From an uncultured Candidatus Saccharibacteria bacterium (GTDB lineage Bacteria; Patescibacteriota; Minisyncoccia; Phycocordibacterales; CAIZLB01), in assembly GCA_964550955.1 (NCBI GenBank), contig CAZKAF010000001.1, positions 459,920 through 501,930 on the forward strand: a DNA stretch of 42,011 nt, written 5' to 3'. Shown one piece after another: positions 25,744 to 34,723 of the stretch (the stretch's first letter is position 1; every line of letters begins with the position of its first letter). Below the pieces are notes generated by a model. That model did no database searches. It worked only from the letters and a program-made list of their open reading frames with translations, and was not told the origin of the DNA. The position numbers were made by a program, and so were the translations under genes.

Positions 25744-25917
25744 ATGACATCACGATCTAAGAAATTAGAGATAGCAATTTTTATCGCGGCGCTGATGGCG
25801 CTCGCTGCTGTCTGGGCAATAAATGGCTACGACGACACATGGCTCTATGCGACGGCAATCATCATCGCCATCCCGACTTCATGGTTCTATTGGGGCAAGA
25901 AGAACAAGGACCGATAA
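25744..25917 (+). CDS. possible 57-aa two-TM membrane peptide
   Basis: Own translation: MTSRSKKLEIAIFIAALMALAAVWAINGYDDTWLYATAIIIAIPTSWFYWGKKNKDR*. It is below the ORF-track cutoff. Confidence 0.45.
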   Translation: MTSRSKKLEIAIFIAALMALAAVWAINGYDDTWLYATAIIIAIPTSWFYWGKKNKDR

Positions 25918-26058
25918 GCGCGCGGGACACACAAACTCGATAAAACCGGGAGACAACCAAGGTTCGGCCGTCTCCCGTTTTTTTCAGTTCTAAAATTTTA
26001 GACACATGAAAAAAGCCGCCACACGGTTGTCATGTGACGGCTTCAAGGCTTGGGCAAG

Positions 26059-26595
26059 CTACGCCCAAACGTAATAGTTGGTCTTGTCCTCTTGTTCCTC
26101 GACGTAGCCCTCGGGCTTGTAGAGATGCTTCGGCAAGAAGACTTCGAAGACGTGTATCACGTGACGAGTCATGAGACCCGGAAATGACTGCGATGGAACT
26201 GGTCCTTTGACAACGGAAGGCTTCGTTACCAGTTCAAGCCGGTCTGTGATTTTGAGTTCCTCGCGAAGCGCGCGATACGCCGCTTCCATTGGCGTCTCGC
26301 CAGGCTTTACCTTCTCGCCGATGCTTGTCTCAAGGCTGCGCCGCTTTTCACGACCATCCTTAAAGACTTGCCTGTCCTCTCTTAAGACCGAGACATGGTT
26401 CCCATCGGCGCAGTAGACCAACAAAGCCGCGACCTGAGTCGAGCGGATGAGTCCGCCGTCCTCTTCAAAAACCGCCGCCTCCCCGCTTTGCGTCTCCGAA
26501 AGCAGATGGCTGAGGGTTTTAGCCTCGCCAACGCCCCATTCGCCGAGCGGAATGCCATGCGCTTGCAAAAGTGTCAGAAGTTTATGTTCTTGCAT
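26059..26595 (-). CDS. NUDIX-like hydrolase (degenerate Nudix box)
   Basis: GEKVKPGETPMEAAYRALREELKI approximates GX5EX7REUXEEXGU, with substitutions. Confidence 0.6.
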   Translation of the reverse strand: MQEHKLLTLLQAHGIPLGEWGVGEAKTLSHLLSETQSGEAAVFEEDGGLIRSTQVAALLVYCADGNHVSVLREDRQVFKDGREKRRSLETSIGEKVKPGETPMEAAYRALREELKITDRLELVTKPSVVKGPVPSQSFPGLMTRHVIHVFEVFLPKHLYKPEGYVEEQEDKTNYYVWA

Positions 26596-26725
26596 TTGTG
26601 TGCTCCTTTTGTTCTAATTGTTCTAAAGTTGTACTAAAATCCATAGTACTCAAAAATCAGGGAAAAGCAATTTTTCTTGAAACAGAACCAGGCTACAGCC
26701 CGATGAGCGCATCCGAACAAATGAC

Positions 26726-27148
26726 ATGAATTGCCCATTTTGCAGCATCATTCAGAACAGCACGGAGGAAGTCTTGCGAGAGACCGAACACGCATTTATC
26801 GTGCTCAGCAATCCCCGTCTCGTGCCGGGGCATCTGCTTGTCATACCCAAAAGGCATGTGGAAAAATTCAGCGAATTGCCGGAGGCGGAAAGAGCCGAAT
26901 TGCTTGACGAGGTGATTCGATTGGAAGAGAGCATCCTCGATAAATTCGCTTCCGGCTGCGACATCAGCCAGCATTTCAGGCCATTCATTCAGCAAAGCAA
27001 ATTGAAGGTGAATCATCTTCATGTGCACGTGCGCCCGCGCGAGTTCGAAGACGAGCTTTACAAGGAAGTGCAGGGACGCGAAAAGGAAGTCTTCAAGGAC
27101 TTGGATCGGGCAGACATTGCGAAGTTCAAGAAACTGCTCTTCGGCTGA
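26726..27148 (+). CDS. HIT-family nucleotide hydrolase/transferase
   Basis: MNCPFCSII..., PGHLLVIPKRHV and the histidine triad NHLHVHVRP. Confidence 0.9.
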   Translation: MNCPFCSIIQNSTEEVLRETEHAFIVLSNPRLVPGHLLVIPKRHVEKFSELPEAERAELLDEVIRLEESILDKFASGCDISQHFRPFIQQSKLKVNHLHVHVRPREFEDELYKEVQGREKEVFKDLDRADIAKFKKLLFG

Positions 27149-27222
27149 TTGTCCAAGGGGCAATATTTACTTAAATAACGAGCGTGATATTATTTATGCG
27201 GAACTAAACAAAAGGAGAAATT

Positions 27223-27576
27223 ATGCCATTACCAATGCCCAAAAAAGTGCCCGAAAAAGGCTTCTACTATCATTACAAGCATGATCCCGACGGACCTGTT
27301 GAGGGTTACGCATATGAAGTGCTCGGCGTAGGCTTTCATACCGAGGATGACACCAGGCCAGGCGAAGAACATTTTGTAATCTACCGTCCCCTGTACGGGG
27401 CTTCGGTTTACAAGGCTTCCCTCGAACTCGGCATCCCCTGCTTTGACAATCGCCCGCTCGAAATGTGGATGGAAGACGTGACGAAAGATGGCAAGACTTT
27501 CCCCCGTTTTTCAAAAATCACTGACCCTGCAGTCATTGCCCGACTCGAAGAAATCCGAGACGGGATGTACGAATAA
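27223..27576 (+). CDS. DUF1653-domain protein
   Basis: GFYYHYKHDP...YEVLGVGFHTEDD...FVIYRPLY...NRPLEMW matches my recollection of the DUF1653 pattern. Confidence 0.75.
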   Translation: MPLPMPKKVPEKGFYYHYKHDPDGPVEGYAYEVLGVGFHTEDDTRPGEEHFVIYRPLYGASVYKASLELGIPCFDNRPLEMWMEDVTKDGKTFPRFSKITDPAVIARLEEIRDGMYE

Positions 27577-27626
27577 GCCACTCGGGCGGCACCACATCAC
27601 CAAGATTGCGCACCTCAGATGCGCCC

Positions 27627-27661
27627 AAGCCCGTTAACTGCGCAAGTTCTCGGGCTTTTTG
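27627..27661 (+). terminator. hairpin plus T-tract after the DUF1653 gene
   Basis: AAGCCCG (27627-27633) pairs with CGGGCTT (27651-27657), followed by a T run. The loop is long (17 nt). Confidence 0.5.
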
Positions 27662-27798
27662 CATTTCAAGCCCGCCAACCAGGAACTGACTGCCTGTCAT
27701 TTAAAAATCTTCATAATTCGTTCACAATTATGACGTATACATTGATATACTATACAAATTAATGGCGCAAAGCCTACATATAATCATTCGCGAACCAC

Positions 27799-29733
27799 AT
27801 GAAATACATCAAACAGGCGTACGGAAAAGCTAAATCCGTCACTTCAGGCTCCGTTATCCCCTACGCCAAGAAGCATAAGGTAATCAGTGGCATCGCAATC
27901 ATGGCGCTCCTCTTCGGCAGCTATCAGCTTGCGCAAGCCATGTTCGGCGCTGGCGCCGAGACCCGATACGTGCTGGCGCGGGCGACAACGGGCGAGCTGA
28001 AAAATACGATCATCGGCACGGGGCAAGTTTCAGCTTCCAACCAGATAGACCTGAGCGCGAAAGCGTCCGGAAGCATCGTCAGGATCAACGCAGTCGTCGG
28101 GCAAGAAATGAGGCAAGGAGAAATCATCGCCCAGATAGACACAAGGGACATCGCGATGTCCCTTGAAAGCGCGCGGCTGTCATTGCAGAAAGTGACGAAG
28201 CCGGCAGATGCCCTCACCGTCAGCCAGGCGCGGTATGCCATCGACGATGCGAGGCTTGCCAAGTCGAAAGCGGAAATAGAGCTTGCGAAAGCATATGAGG
28301 ACGGGCTCACGGCTGTCTCCAACAGCTTCATCGACCTCCCTGCCATCATCACCGGGATGAATGACCTTTTCTATACGAGAGAAGGGTTTTTGAGCGATTC
28401 CAATCCTTCGACGGTCATCGCGAGCGCGGCGACATACAAGAATTCGGCAGGCGTGCAATTCGACGTAGCGTCAAACGACTACAAGGCAGTTCAGAACACG
28501 TACAGGCAGACGGCCCGAAGCGGCGCGACGTCGACGACGGAAAAGCTCATCGAGGAAACGCACGCCGCGATCTCAAAGCTGAGCGAATCCCTGAAGAATT
28601 CGGCCCTTGCGGTCGATTACGTCCGAACCCGCTCGAACGGTCAGGCAGTCGCGGATGCCACGACCGCCCTGAACAATATCAACGGCTGGATTTCAAAAAA
28701 TAACTCGCATCTCAACGGCCTCATGTCCGCAAGAACCGCGATCGAGAATGCGAAGAATACCATCGTGACTTCGGAACGAAATATCAGGGAGAAGACTGAC
28801 AGCCTGAATGACATATTGGCCGGCGCCGATCCTCTCGACGTCCGGTCGCAGCAGCTCAGCGTGAGACAACGGGAACTCGAATACGAAAACTATATCGTGC
28901 GCGCGCCGTTTGACGGCGTCTTGGCCCAGCTGACCGCAAAAGTCGGCAACTCGTCTTCGGGAGGCATCGGCACGTTCATCACCAAGCAGAAGATTGCCGA
29001 GATAACGCTGAACGAAATTGACGCATCGAAGGTTCAGGCGGGACAGGCGGTGGAACTGACATTTGACGCAGTCGATGACGTGACGGCAACCGGAACCATC
29101 GCGAGCATCGACCTCGTGGGAACCGTGAGCCAAGGGGTCGTGAGCTACAAGACGCAGATCGCCTTTGACGCGCCGGATGACCGGATAAAGCCCGGCATGA
29201 GCGTCACGGCGACGATCACCACCCAAAGCAAGCAGAACGTTCTTCTCGTGCCCGCGGGCGCGGTCAAGACCCGGGGAAATTCCAGCTACGTGGAGGTGGC
29301 TGCCGTGGACATGCCGTCCATTCCGGCAAACGCCGGTTCCCCATCTCAAAGAGGCGCCCGAATGGTGCCGGCAGCCGGCCAGTCGACAAGCTCAACGAGC
29401 ACGGTCGAAGACGCGCGAATGAACAGGACGAGCTCGTCAGCAAGGCCTCAGGGCAATTTCATGACAATGGGAACGGGGGGAATAACGCTTCCGGCTCAGC
29501 CGGAAGAGCGGACGGTGACTGTCGGCGATTCGAATGACGCATACGTGGAAATAACAAGCGGCCTGGATGAGGGCGAATTCGTCGTGACAAGAACGACGGG
29601 CGGCGCGGCAGGCGCGACGGGCCAGACTGCGAACTCGGCGACAAGCCTCTTCGGCGGAGCGAGAACGGGAGCCGGAGGAGCGGCAAGGGCGACGGGCGGC
29701 GCGGGAGCCGGAGCAACATTTATCAGAAGATAA
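27799..29733 (+). CDS. HlyD/MacA-type periplasmic adaptor (membrane fusion) protein with Gly/Ala-rich tail
   Basis: N-terminal TM. Lipoyl/barrel-sandwich motifs (GTGQVSASNQIDLSAKASGSIVRINAVVGQEMRQGEIIAQID). Long coiled-coil hairpin. IVRAPFDGVLAQL. The C-terminal ~120 aa are low complexity. Confidence 0.85.
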   Translation: MKYIKQAYGKAKSVTSGSVIPYAKKHKVISGIAIMALLFGSYQLAQAMFGAGAETRYVLARATTGELKNTIIGTGQVSASNQIDLSAKASGSIVRINAVVGQEMRQGEIIAQIDTRDIAMSLESARLSLQKVTKPADALTVSQARYAIDDARLAKSKAEIELAKAYEDGLTAVSNSFIDLPAIITGMNDLFYTREGFLSDSNPSTVIASAATYKNSAGVQFDVASNDYKAVQNTYRQTARSGATSTTEKLIEETHAAISKLSESLKNSALAVDYVRTRSNGQAVADATTALNNINGWISKNNSHLNGLMSARTAIENAKNTIVTSERNIREKTDSLNDILAGADPLDVRSQQLSVRQRELEYENYIVRAPFDGVLAQLTAKVGNSSSGGIGTFITKQKIAEITLNEIDASKVQAGQAVELTFDAVDDVTATGTIASIDLVGTVSQGVVSYKTQIAFDAPDDRIKPGMSVTATITTQSKQNVLLVPAGAVKTRGNSSYVEVAAVDMPSIPANAGSPSQRGARMVPAAGQSTSSTSTVEDARMNRTSSSARPQGNFMTMGTGGITLPAQPEERTVTVGDSNDAYVEITSGLDEGEFVVTRTTGGAAGATGQTANSATSLFGGARTGAGGAARATGGAGAGATFIRR

Positions 29734-29760
29734 GCCGCATGCCGCTAAATCACACCGACA

Positions 29761-30477
29761 ATGATAGAAGTTAAAAATATCACCAAAACATATACCTCGG
29801 GAGCCGAGCCGTTCACCGCTCTCAAGGGCATCAGCTTCCGCATCGAGGACGGCGAGTTCGTGGCGATCATGGGACCGTCGGGATCCGGCAAATCGACGCT
29901 GATGCATATCCTCGGCGCGCTCGACACTCCCACTTCGGGAGAATACCTGCTCGACGGCAAGGATGTTTCCGCCTACGGCCAGGACGAGCTCGCGCATATC
30001 AGAAGGGACAAGATAGGCTTCGTATTCCAGGCATTCAATCTCCTGCCCCGGACGTCGGCGCTCAGGAACGTGATGCTGCCGCTCATATACGCGGAAGTCG
30101 CCGAGAGCGAGCGCGAGGAGCGCGCAAAGTCAGCGCTTCTCGCGGCCGGATTTGACGAGAGGCATTTCAAGCATTTGTCGAACCAGCTTTCCGGCGGGCA
30201 GATACAGCGCGTGGCCATCGCGCGCGCCCTGGTAAACAATCCGAGCCTGATCCTGGCCGACGAGCCGACCGGAAATCTCGATTCGAAGACGGGAGAAATC
30301 GTTCTCGGGACGTTCGAGACATTGAACAAGAAGTTCGGAAGGACGATCATCCTCATCACTCATGAGCGGGACGTCGCCGAGCACGCGGACAGGATTATCG
30401 TGATCAAGGACGGCGTCATTTTGGAGGATTCGCGAACGCATATTAAAAGAAAGAGCTCTCACCCGCTCGCTCAATAG
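29761..30477 (+). CDS. MacB/LolD-type ABC transporter ATP-binding protein
   Basis: Walker [10 protein letters not shown]. Signature [15 protein letters not shown]. Walker [13 protein letters not shown]. Confidence 0.95.
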   Translation: MIEVKNITKTYTSGAEPFTALKGISFRIEDGEFVAIMGPSGSGKSTLMHILGALDTPTSGEYLLDGKDVSAYGQDELAHIRRDKIGFVFQAFNLLPRTSALRNVMLPLIYAEVAESEREERAKSALLAAGFDERHFKHLSNQLSGGQIQRVAIARALVNNPSLILADEPTGNLDSKTGEIVLGTFETLNKKFGRTIILITHERDVAEHADRIIVIKDGVILEDSRTHIKRKSSHPLAQ

Positions 30478-30485
30478 AATTACGC

Positions 30486-31709
30486 ATGAAAACTAAAGAC
30501 ATACTCGGCGAAACATATACGGCGCTCTCGGCCAACAAGGTAAGATCCGGCCTGACCATGCTCGGCATCGTCATCGGCATCAGCTCGGTCATCGCCATGG
30601 TATCCATCGGCCAAGGAGCGCAGAACAGCATCCAGTCAAGCATCGAGTCTATCGGATCGAACCTCATCATCGTGTATCCAGGCGCGCAGCGAACTCCCGG
30701 AGCGCAGGTAAATACGAGCCGAGGGTCCGCCCGTTCCCTGACTCAGGCTGATGCCGAGGCCATAGCGGCCGAAATCGCGCTGGCCAAAGCCGTAGCCCCG
30801 GAACTTTCGGGAAGATACCAGGTCACGGCGAAAGGCACGAACACCAACACGAGCGTGAACGGGGTCGACCAGAATTACCCTTCAGTAAAGAATATTGAGA
30901 TAGAAGAGGGATTGTTCATATCGGAGCAAAACCTCAAGAGCCTTTCGCGGGTGGCGGTTCTCGGGCCGACGACGAAAATTGACCTGTTCGGCGAGGACTC
31001 CAACGCCATCGGCCAGACGATCCGGATAAACAATTCCATATTCACGGTCATCGGCATCACCAAGGCCAAGGGAGGCTCCGGCTTCGGAAGCCAGGACGAC
31101 ATGATTTACATTCCCCTGACCTCGGCCCAGCGCTTTCTTGCCGGAGAAAATTACGTCTCGACGATAAGCATTCAGGCGTTCGATTCGGAATCAATGACGG
31201 AGCTGCAGGCCGAAGTCAGCGCCCTCCTGCTCGACAGGCACCGCATCAGCGATCCGGCGATGGCAGACTTCAGCATATTGAATCAGGCGGACATCGTGGC
31301 TACCGCATCGAGCATCACCCAGACCTTCACGCTCCTTCTCGGCGCGGTCGCGGGAATATCGCTTGTCGTCGGAGGCATCGGAATCATGAACATGATGCTC
31401 ACGACCGTCACGGAACGAACCAGGGAAATAGGCCTCAGGAAAGCCATCGGCGCGAACAGGACGGACATCAGCAAGCAATTCCTGATCGAGGCGATCGTGC
31501 TTACGTGCACGGGCGGAGTGGTCGGGGTCCTGCTTGGAGCAGGAATTTCCTGGGTTGTCCAATCTACGGGGCTCCTGCAAACCTCCGTCTCGCTCGGGTC
31601 AGTGCTTCTGGCATTCGGAGTATCGGCTGGCATAGGAATCGTCTTCGGGTACTATCCTGCCCGCCGCGCGGCGAACCTGAATCCCATCGAGGCATTGAGA
31701 TACGAATAG
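30486..31709 (+). CDS. MacB-type ABC transporter permease (MacB_PCD + FtsX domains)
   Basis: One N-terminal TM, a ~230-aa extracytoplasmic domain, then three C-terminal TMs with ...ERTREIGLRKAIGA... and ...YYPARRAANLNPIEALRYE. Confidence 0.92.
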   Translation: MKTKDILGETYTALSANKVRSGLTMLGIVIGISSVIAMVSIGQGAQNSIQSSIESIGSNLIIVYPGAQRTPGAQVNTSRGSARSLTQADAEAIAAEIALAKAVAPELSGRYQVTAKGTNTNTSVNGVDQNYPSVKNIEIEEGLFISEQNLKSLSRVAVLGPTTKIDLFGEDSNAIGQTIRINNSIFTVIGITKAKGGSGFGSQDDMIYIPLTSAQRFLAGENYVSTISIQAFDSESMTELQAEVSALLLDRHRISDPAMADFSILNQADIVATASSITQTFTLLLGAVAGISLVVGGIGIMNMMLTTVTERTREIGLRKAIGANRTDISKQFLIEAIVLTCTGGVVGVLLGAGISWVVQSTGLLQTSVSLGSVLLAFGVSAGIGIVFGYYPARRAANLNPIEALRYE

Positions 31710-31729
31710 GCCGGCCGGAAAAGGTCAAA

Positions 31730-31764
31730 ATGCCGCGCCCCAATGAACAGGATGCGGCATTTTT
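31730..31764 (+). terminator. hairpin plus T-tract after the ABC operon
   Basis: ATGCCGC (31730-31736) pairs with GCGGCAT (31754-31760), followed by TTTTT. Confidence 0.55.
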
Positions 31765-31904
31765 CGCTGAAGCGAGCCGAGTCGGAGGAAGAAGGATTAC
31801 TTCTTAGTTGCATTCTTCTTCGGCTTCTTTTTCTCTTTTCCTTTTTGTATACCTTTTGGCATATGTTTAGTATTAACTTTTTTTAATATCCATATTCTAT
31901 CACG

Positions 31905-31940
31905 CAAAATAAAAGCTGCGGTCATTTCGCGAACAGCTTC
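31905..31940 (-). terminator. weak terminator after pyrG
   Basis: On the minus strand: AAGCTG...CAGCTT stem followed by TTATTTTG. Confidence 0.4.
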
Positions 31941-31949
31941 TGTGCATAA

Positions 31950-33881
31950 TTATTTGGCAGCGTCGGCGCTCGCCCTCACGAACTCCGTAAACACGGGATG
32001 CGGATCAAGCGGTCGCGCCAAGAATTCCGGATGAAACTGGACGCCGAGGAAGAACGGATGCTCGCCTTTTCCCGTCCCCTTCTTGTCCTTGCCCCTCGGA
32101 AGCTCTGCAATTTCCATGAGGGTCCCGTCAGGAGACGTGCCGGAAAATACCAGGCCGGCATTCTCTATCTGCTCAACATAGTTCGGATTCACTTCGTATC
32201 GGTGCCGGTGCCTCTCGATAACCACATGAGAATCGGCGGCTTTTTGCACAGCAGGCATGCCCTGCGAGCCCTTTGACGATCCGAGCTTTTTCAGGGCATG
32301 AACCGCGCTCTCGTACGCCTGCGAATTCTTGTTCAGCCGGTTCGACCATCCCGCTTTCGCGTAAACCTCGTTTGCGATAGTTTGAGGCCTGAGGACGCAG
32401 GCATATCCGCCAAGCCTCATGGACGCGCCGTACCGTCCGGCATCAAGGAGCTCTTTCTGATGCGACATGATGTCGATGACGCAATGCTTCGCCTTGGAAT
32501 CAATCTCGCTTGTCTGCGCCCCCGCAAGGCCGGCCGCATGCCGGGCGTATTCGATGACCATAAGCTGCATGCCGTAGCAAATTCCAAAGTACGGAATCTT
32601 GTTTTCCCGCACGTGCTTGATGACGGATATCTTCCCTTCGATGCCCGTCTCGCCGAAGCCTCCGGGAACGAGCACGCCGGCAATCCTGACTTTCCGGCCC
32701 TCTTCATCGACATGCGCTCCTCCAAAAAACTTCTTGAGCTTTTCCTGAACCTGCGTATCGGACATCTTTTTGCCGGTCGCCTGATCAATTTCAAATTCTT
32801 TCGAGCTTACCCAATGCAAGACAGGCTTTACCCCGAGAGAATATGAAGAAAACTTCAAGGCCTCGATGACGGAAACATATGCGTCGGAAAGGACGAAATC
32901 TCCCGTATCAAAATATTTTCCGACGACCGCGATGTGAACTTCCCTGCCTTCGCTTCGAGATTTCCGAGTCTTCTGCACGAAGCCCCTCCACTCCGAAAGG
33001 TCAGCGGGCTTTTTCTTGAGCTTGAGCGACTGTTCCACCGCGTCGCCGAATCGGTCGCGCTCGAAGTTCAGCGGAACGTCGTATACGCTGTCGATGTCCG
33101 GAGCGGAGATGACATTTTCAACCGGAACGTTGCAAGACACGGCTATCTTTTCCTTTCGCCGCATGTCGATCGCCACCTCGCTCCTGCCGATGATGAAGTC
33201 GGGCTGGATGCCGTACGACTGGAGCTGATGCACGGCATTTTGCGTCGGCTTCGATTTCATTTCGCCGATCTTGCTCGGAACCGGCATGTACGTCACCATC
33301 ACGTACAGGACGTTTCCGGGGTTCTTTATCTTTATGTATCGCGCCGCCTCATAGAACATGGCGCTTTGGTAGTCGCCCACCGTCCCTCCGATTTCCACGA
33401 TGGTGATGTCGGACTTGGCAATCTCGCCCGAGCGAACGATTCGGTGCGCGATCTCGTCCCGGATATGAGGAATGGCGTCTACGCATTTTCCCCGGTATTT
33501 CAGGGCGCGTTCCTTCTGAATCACGTCAAGGTATACCATTCCGCCTGTCATGTAGTCGGCATTGGAAAGATCGGTGTTCAGGAATCTTTCATAGTTGCCC
33601 ATGTCTTGGTCCGTCTCAAGTCCGCTGTCCAAAACAAAAACCTCACCGTGCTCGGTGGGGTTCATGGTACCTGCATCTACGTTCAGGTACGGGTCGACTT
33701 TGGCGATGTTCACCGAGTAGCCTTTCGACTGGAGAATCGTGCCGATGGACGACGTGGTGATTCCCTTTCCCACTCCCGACATGACTCCTCCGATGACAAA
33801 GATGTATTTATGGTTTTTTGAAGATTTTGATGATCTGGGCGCTTTCTGAGTAACTTTGGATTCCTTTGATGTAGATTTCAT
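31950..33881 (-). CDS. pyrG: CTP synthase
   Basis: KYIFVIGGVMSGVGKGITTSSIG, ...DPYLNVDAGTMNP..., and glutaminase GICYGMQ...HRHRYEVN...FHPEF. The ORF extends to 33911. ATG 33881 is the likely start. The protein is longer than typical PyrG because of a basic N-terminal extension and internal insertions. Confidence 0.95.
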   Translation of the reverse strand: MKSTSKESKVTQKAPRSSKSSKNHKYIFVIGGVMSGVGKGITTSSIGTILQSKGYSVNIAKVDPYLNVDAGTMNPTEHGEVFVLDSGLETDQDMGNYERFLNTDLSNADYMTGGMVYLDVIQKERALKYRGKCVDAIPHIRDEIAHRIVRSGEIAKSDITIVEIGGTVGDYQSAMFYEAARYIKIKNPGNVLYVMVTYMPVPSKIGEMKSKPTQNAVHQLQSYGIQPDFIIGRSEVAIDMRRKEKIAVSCNVPVENVISAPDIDSVYDVPLNFERDRFGDAVEQSLKLKKKPADLSEWRGFVQKTRKSRSEGREVHIAVVGKYFDTGDFVLSDAYVSVIEALKFSSYSLGVKPVLHWVSSKEFEIDQATGKKMSDTQVQEKLKKFFGGAHVDEEGRKVRIAGVLVPGGFGETGIEGKISVIKHVRENKIPYFGICYGMQLMVIEYARHAAGLAGAQTSEIDSKAKHCVIDIMSHQKELLDAGRYGASMRLGGYACVLRPQTIANEVYAKAGWSNRLNKNSQAYESAVHALKKLGSSKGSQGMPAVQKAADSHVVIERHRHRYEVNPNYVEQIENAGLVFSGTSPDGTLMEIAELPRGKDKKGTGKGEHPFFLGVQFHPEFLARPLDPHPVFTEFVRASADAAK

Positions 33882-33977
33882 GTAAATACATTTTAAAGGA
33901 AAAGGCCGCATTTAGTAATACTTGATATTTTTACAATATTGTGACATTATGTTGCCGGACTCAGTTTTTTGAGTTTC

Positions 33978-34007
33978 TCGGCAAAAGTCGGCAAAAGTCG
34001 GCAAAAG
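33978..34007. repeat. three perfect tandem copies of a 10-bp unit
   Basis: TCGGCAAAAG x3, in the divergent intergenic region between pyrG and ORF 34100. Confidence 0.9.
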
Positions 34008-34099
34008 ACAGGATAAAGACGACGAAAAGAAACGGCCGGGCCCGCTACGGGCTTGACGGTCAAAACCGCAACCAACTAAAGATAGAAGGATACACTCCC

Positions 34100-34633
34100 A
34101 TGAGCGCCATCGCTCCATCACAAGAAATCGCATCGAAATTGAAGCTGGAACTGATTCACAGATCGTGGGTCGCCCTGACCATCACGAACTGCAAGGGCGT
34201 CCCCACCCCGGGCATCATCGGGCAAATCTGCATCGAGCACCGAAGGACGCTGGACGATCCGAATGAAATCCGGACCAGCCAGTGGAAAATTGGCGACAGG
34301 GCGGAATGCCTGCCGGCCACGGTCAACAGGTCAACCTGCTCATGGCGGGGAGAAATGGAGGGCTCGGAACATTGTTTCCTGTGCGGCGATGTCAGCAGCG
34401 TAGTCCTCACCGAGGGCTCCGGAGACACTCTCGAAGAAAGGCTGCGGATCAATTCGGCGACTGTCAGGAATGCCATCACGGACCACCTGCGGCCGACATT
34501 CGTGGCATTCAGCCGCAGCAAGTGGGCTTATGCAGGGCTGTTCGGCGCGGAACCTGGAATCAGCTCTTTCCAGCTTCGGCCCTTGGACGGGTTCTACGTT
34601 CCGAATGACTGGCCCGGAAATCGCCGTTGGTAG
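34100..34633 (+). CDS. hypothetical protein
   Basis: ORF 33941-34633. The likely start is ATG 34100 (MSAIAPSQEI...). A strong terminator follows. No motif recognised. A competing antisense ORF at 34156-34521 is less well supported. Confidence 0.5.
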   Translation: MSAIAPSQEIASKLKLELIHRSWVALTITNCKGVPTPGIIGQICIEHRRTLDDPNEIRTSQWKIGDRAECLPATVNRSTCSWRGEMEGSEHCFLCGDVSSVVLTEGSGDTLEERLRINSATVRNAITDHLRPTFVAFSRSKWAYAGLFGAEPGISSFQLRPLDGFYVPNDWPGNRRW

Positions 34634-34666
34634 GACTCAAGGCCGGCAAGGTCTTCCAGTCCAAAA

Positions 34667-34704
34667 ATCCCACCTCGCTTCGCGGCTTGGTGGGATATTT
34701 TTTT
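34667..34704. terminator. bidirectional rho-independent terminator
   Basis: ATCCCACC (34667-34674) pairs with GGTGGGAT (34689-34696). It is flanked by an A-run upstream and T7 downstream, and sits between convergent genes. Confidence 0.75.
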
Positions 34705-34723
34705 GCGATTTTTTGAATCGAGA

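Noticed and set aside
26693-27163. 156-aa minus-strand ORF
   Set aside because: It is antisense to the HIT-family gene, which carries the HxHxHxx triad.
29330-29733. GC-rich low-complexity DNA as an independent repeat element
   Set aside because: It stays in frame with the adaptor ORF and encodes a Gly/Ala/Thr/Ser tail. It is better explained as a disordered protein region.
28693-29997. Minus-strand ORFs of 218 aa and 186 aa
   Set aside because: They are antisense to the adaptor and ABC ATPase genes. Their translations are Arg/His-rich and low complexity.
31797-31862. 21-codon Lys-rich ORF (MPKGIQKGKEKKKPKKNATKK) on the minus strand between the ABC operon and pyrG
   Set aside because: It is too short and too low in complexity to support from sequence alone. 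It may be real, but there is no evidence beyond an ATG and a stop.
32934-33821. 295-aa + strand ORF
   Set aside because: It is antisense to pyrG.
33978-34007. CRISPR-like array
   Set aside because: There are only three contiguous 10-bp units with no spacers. No other regularly spaced repeats and no cas genes occur in the window.
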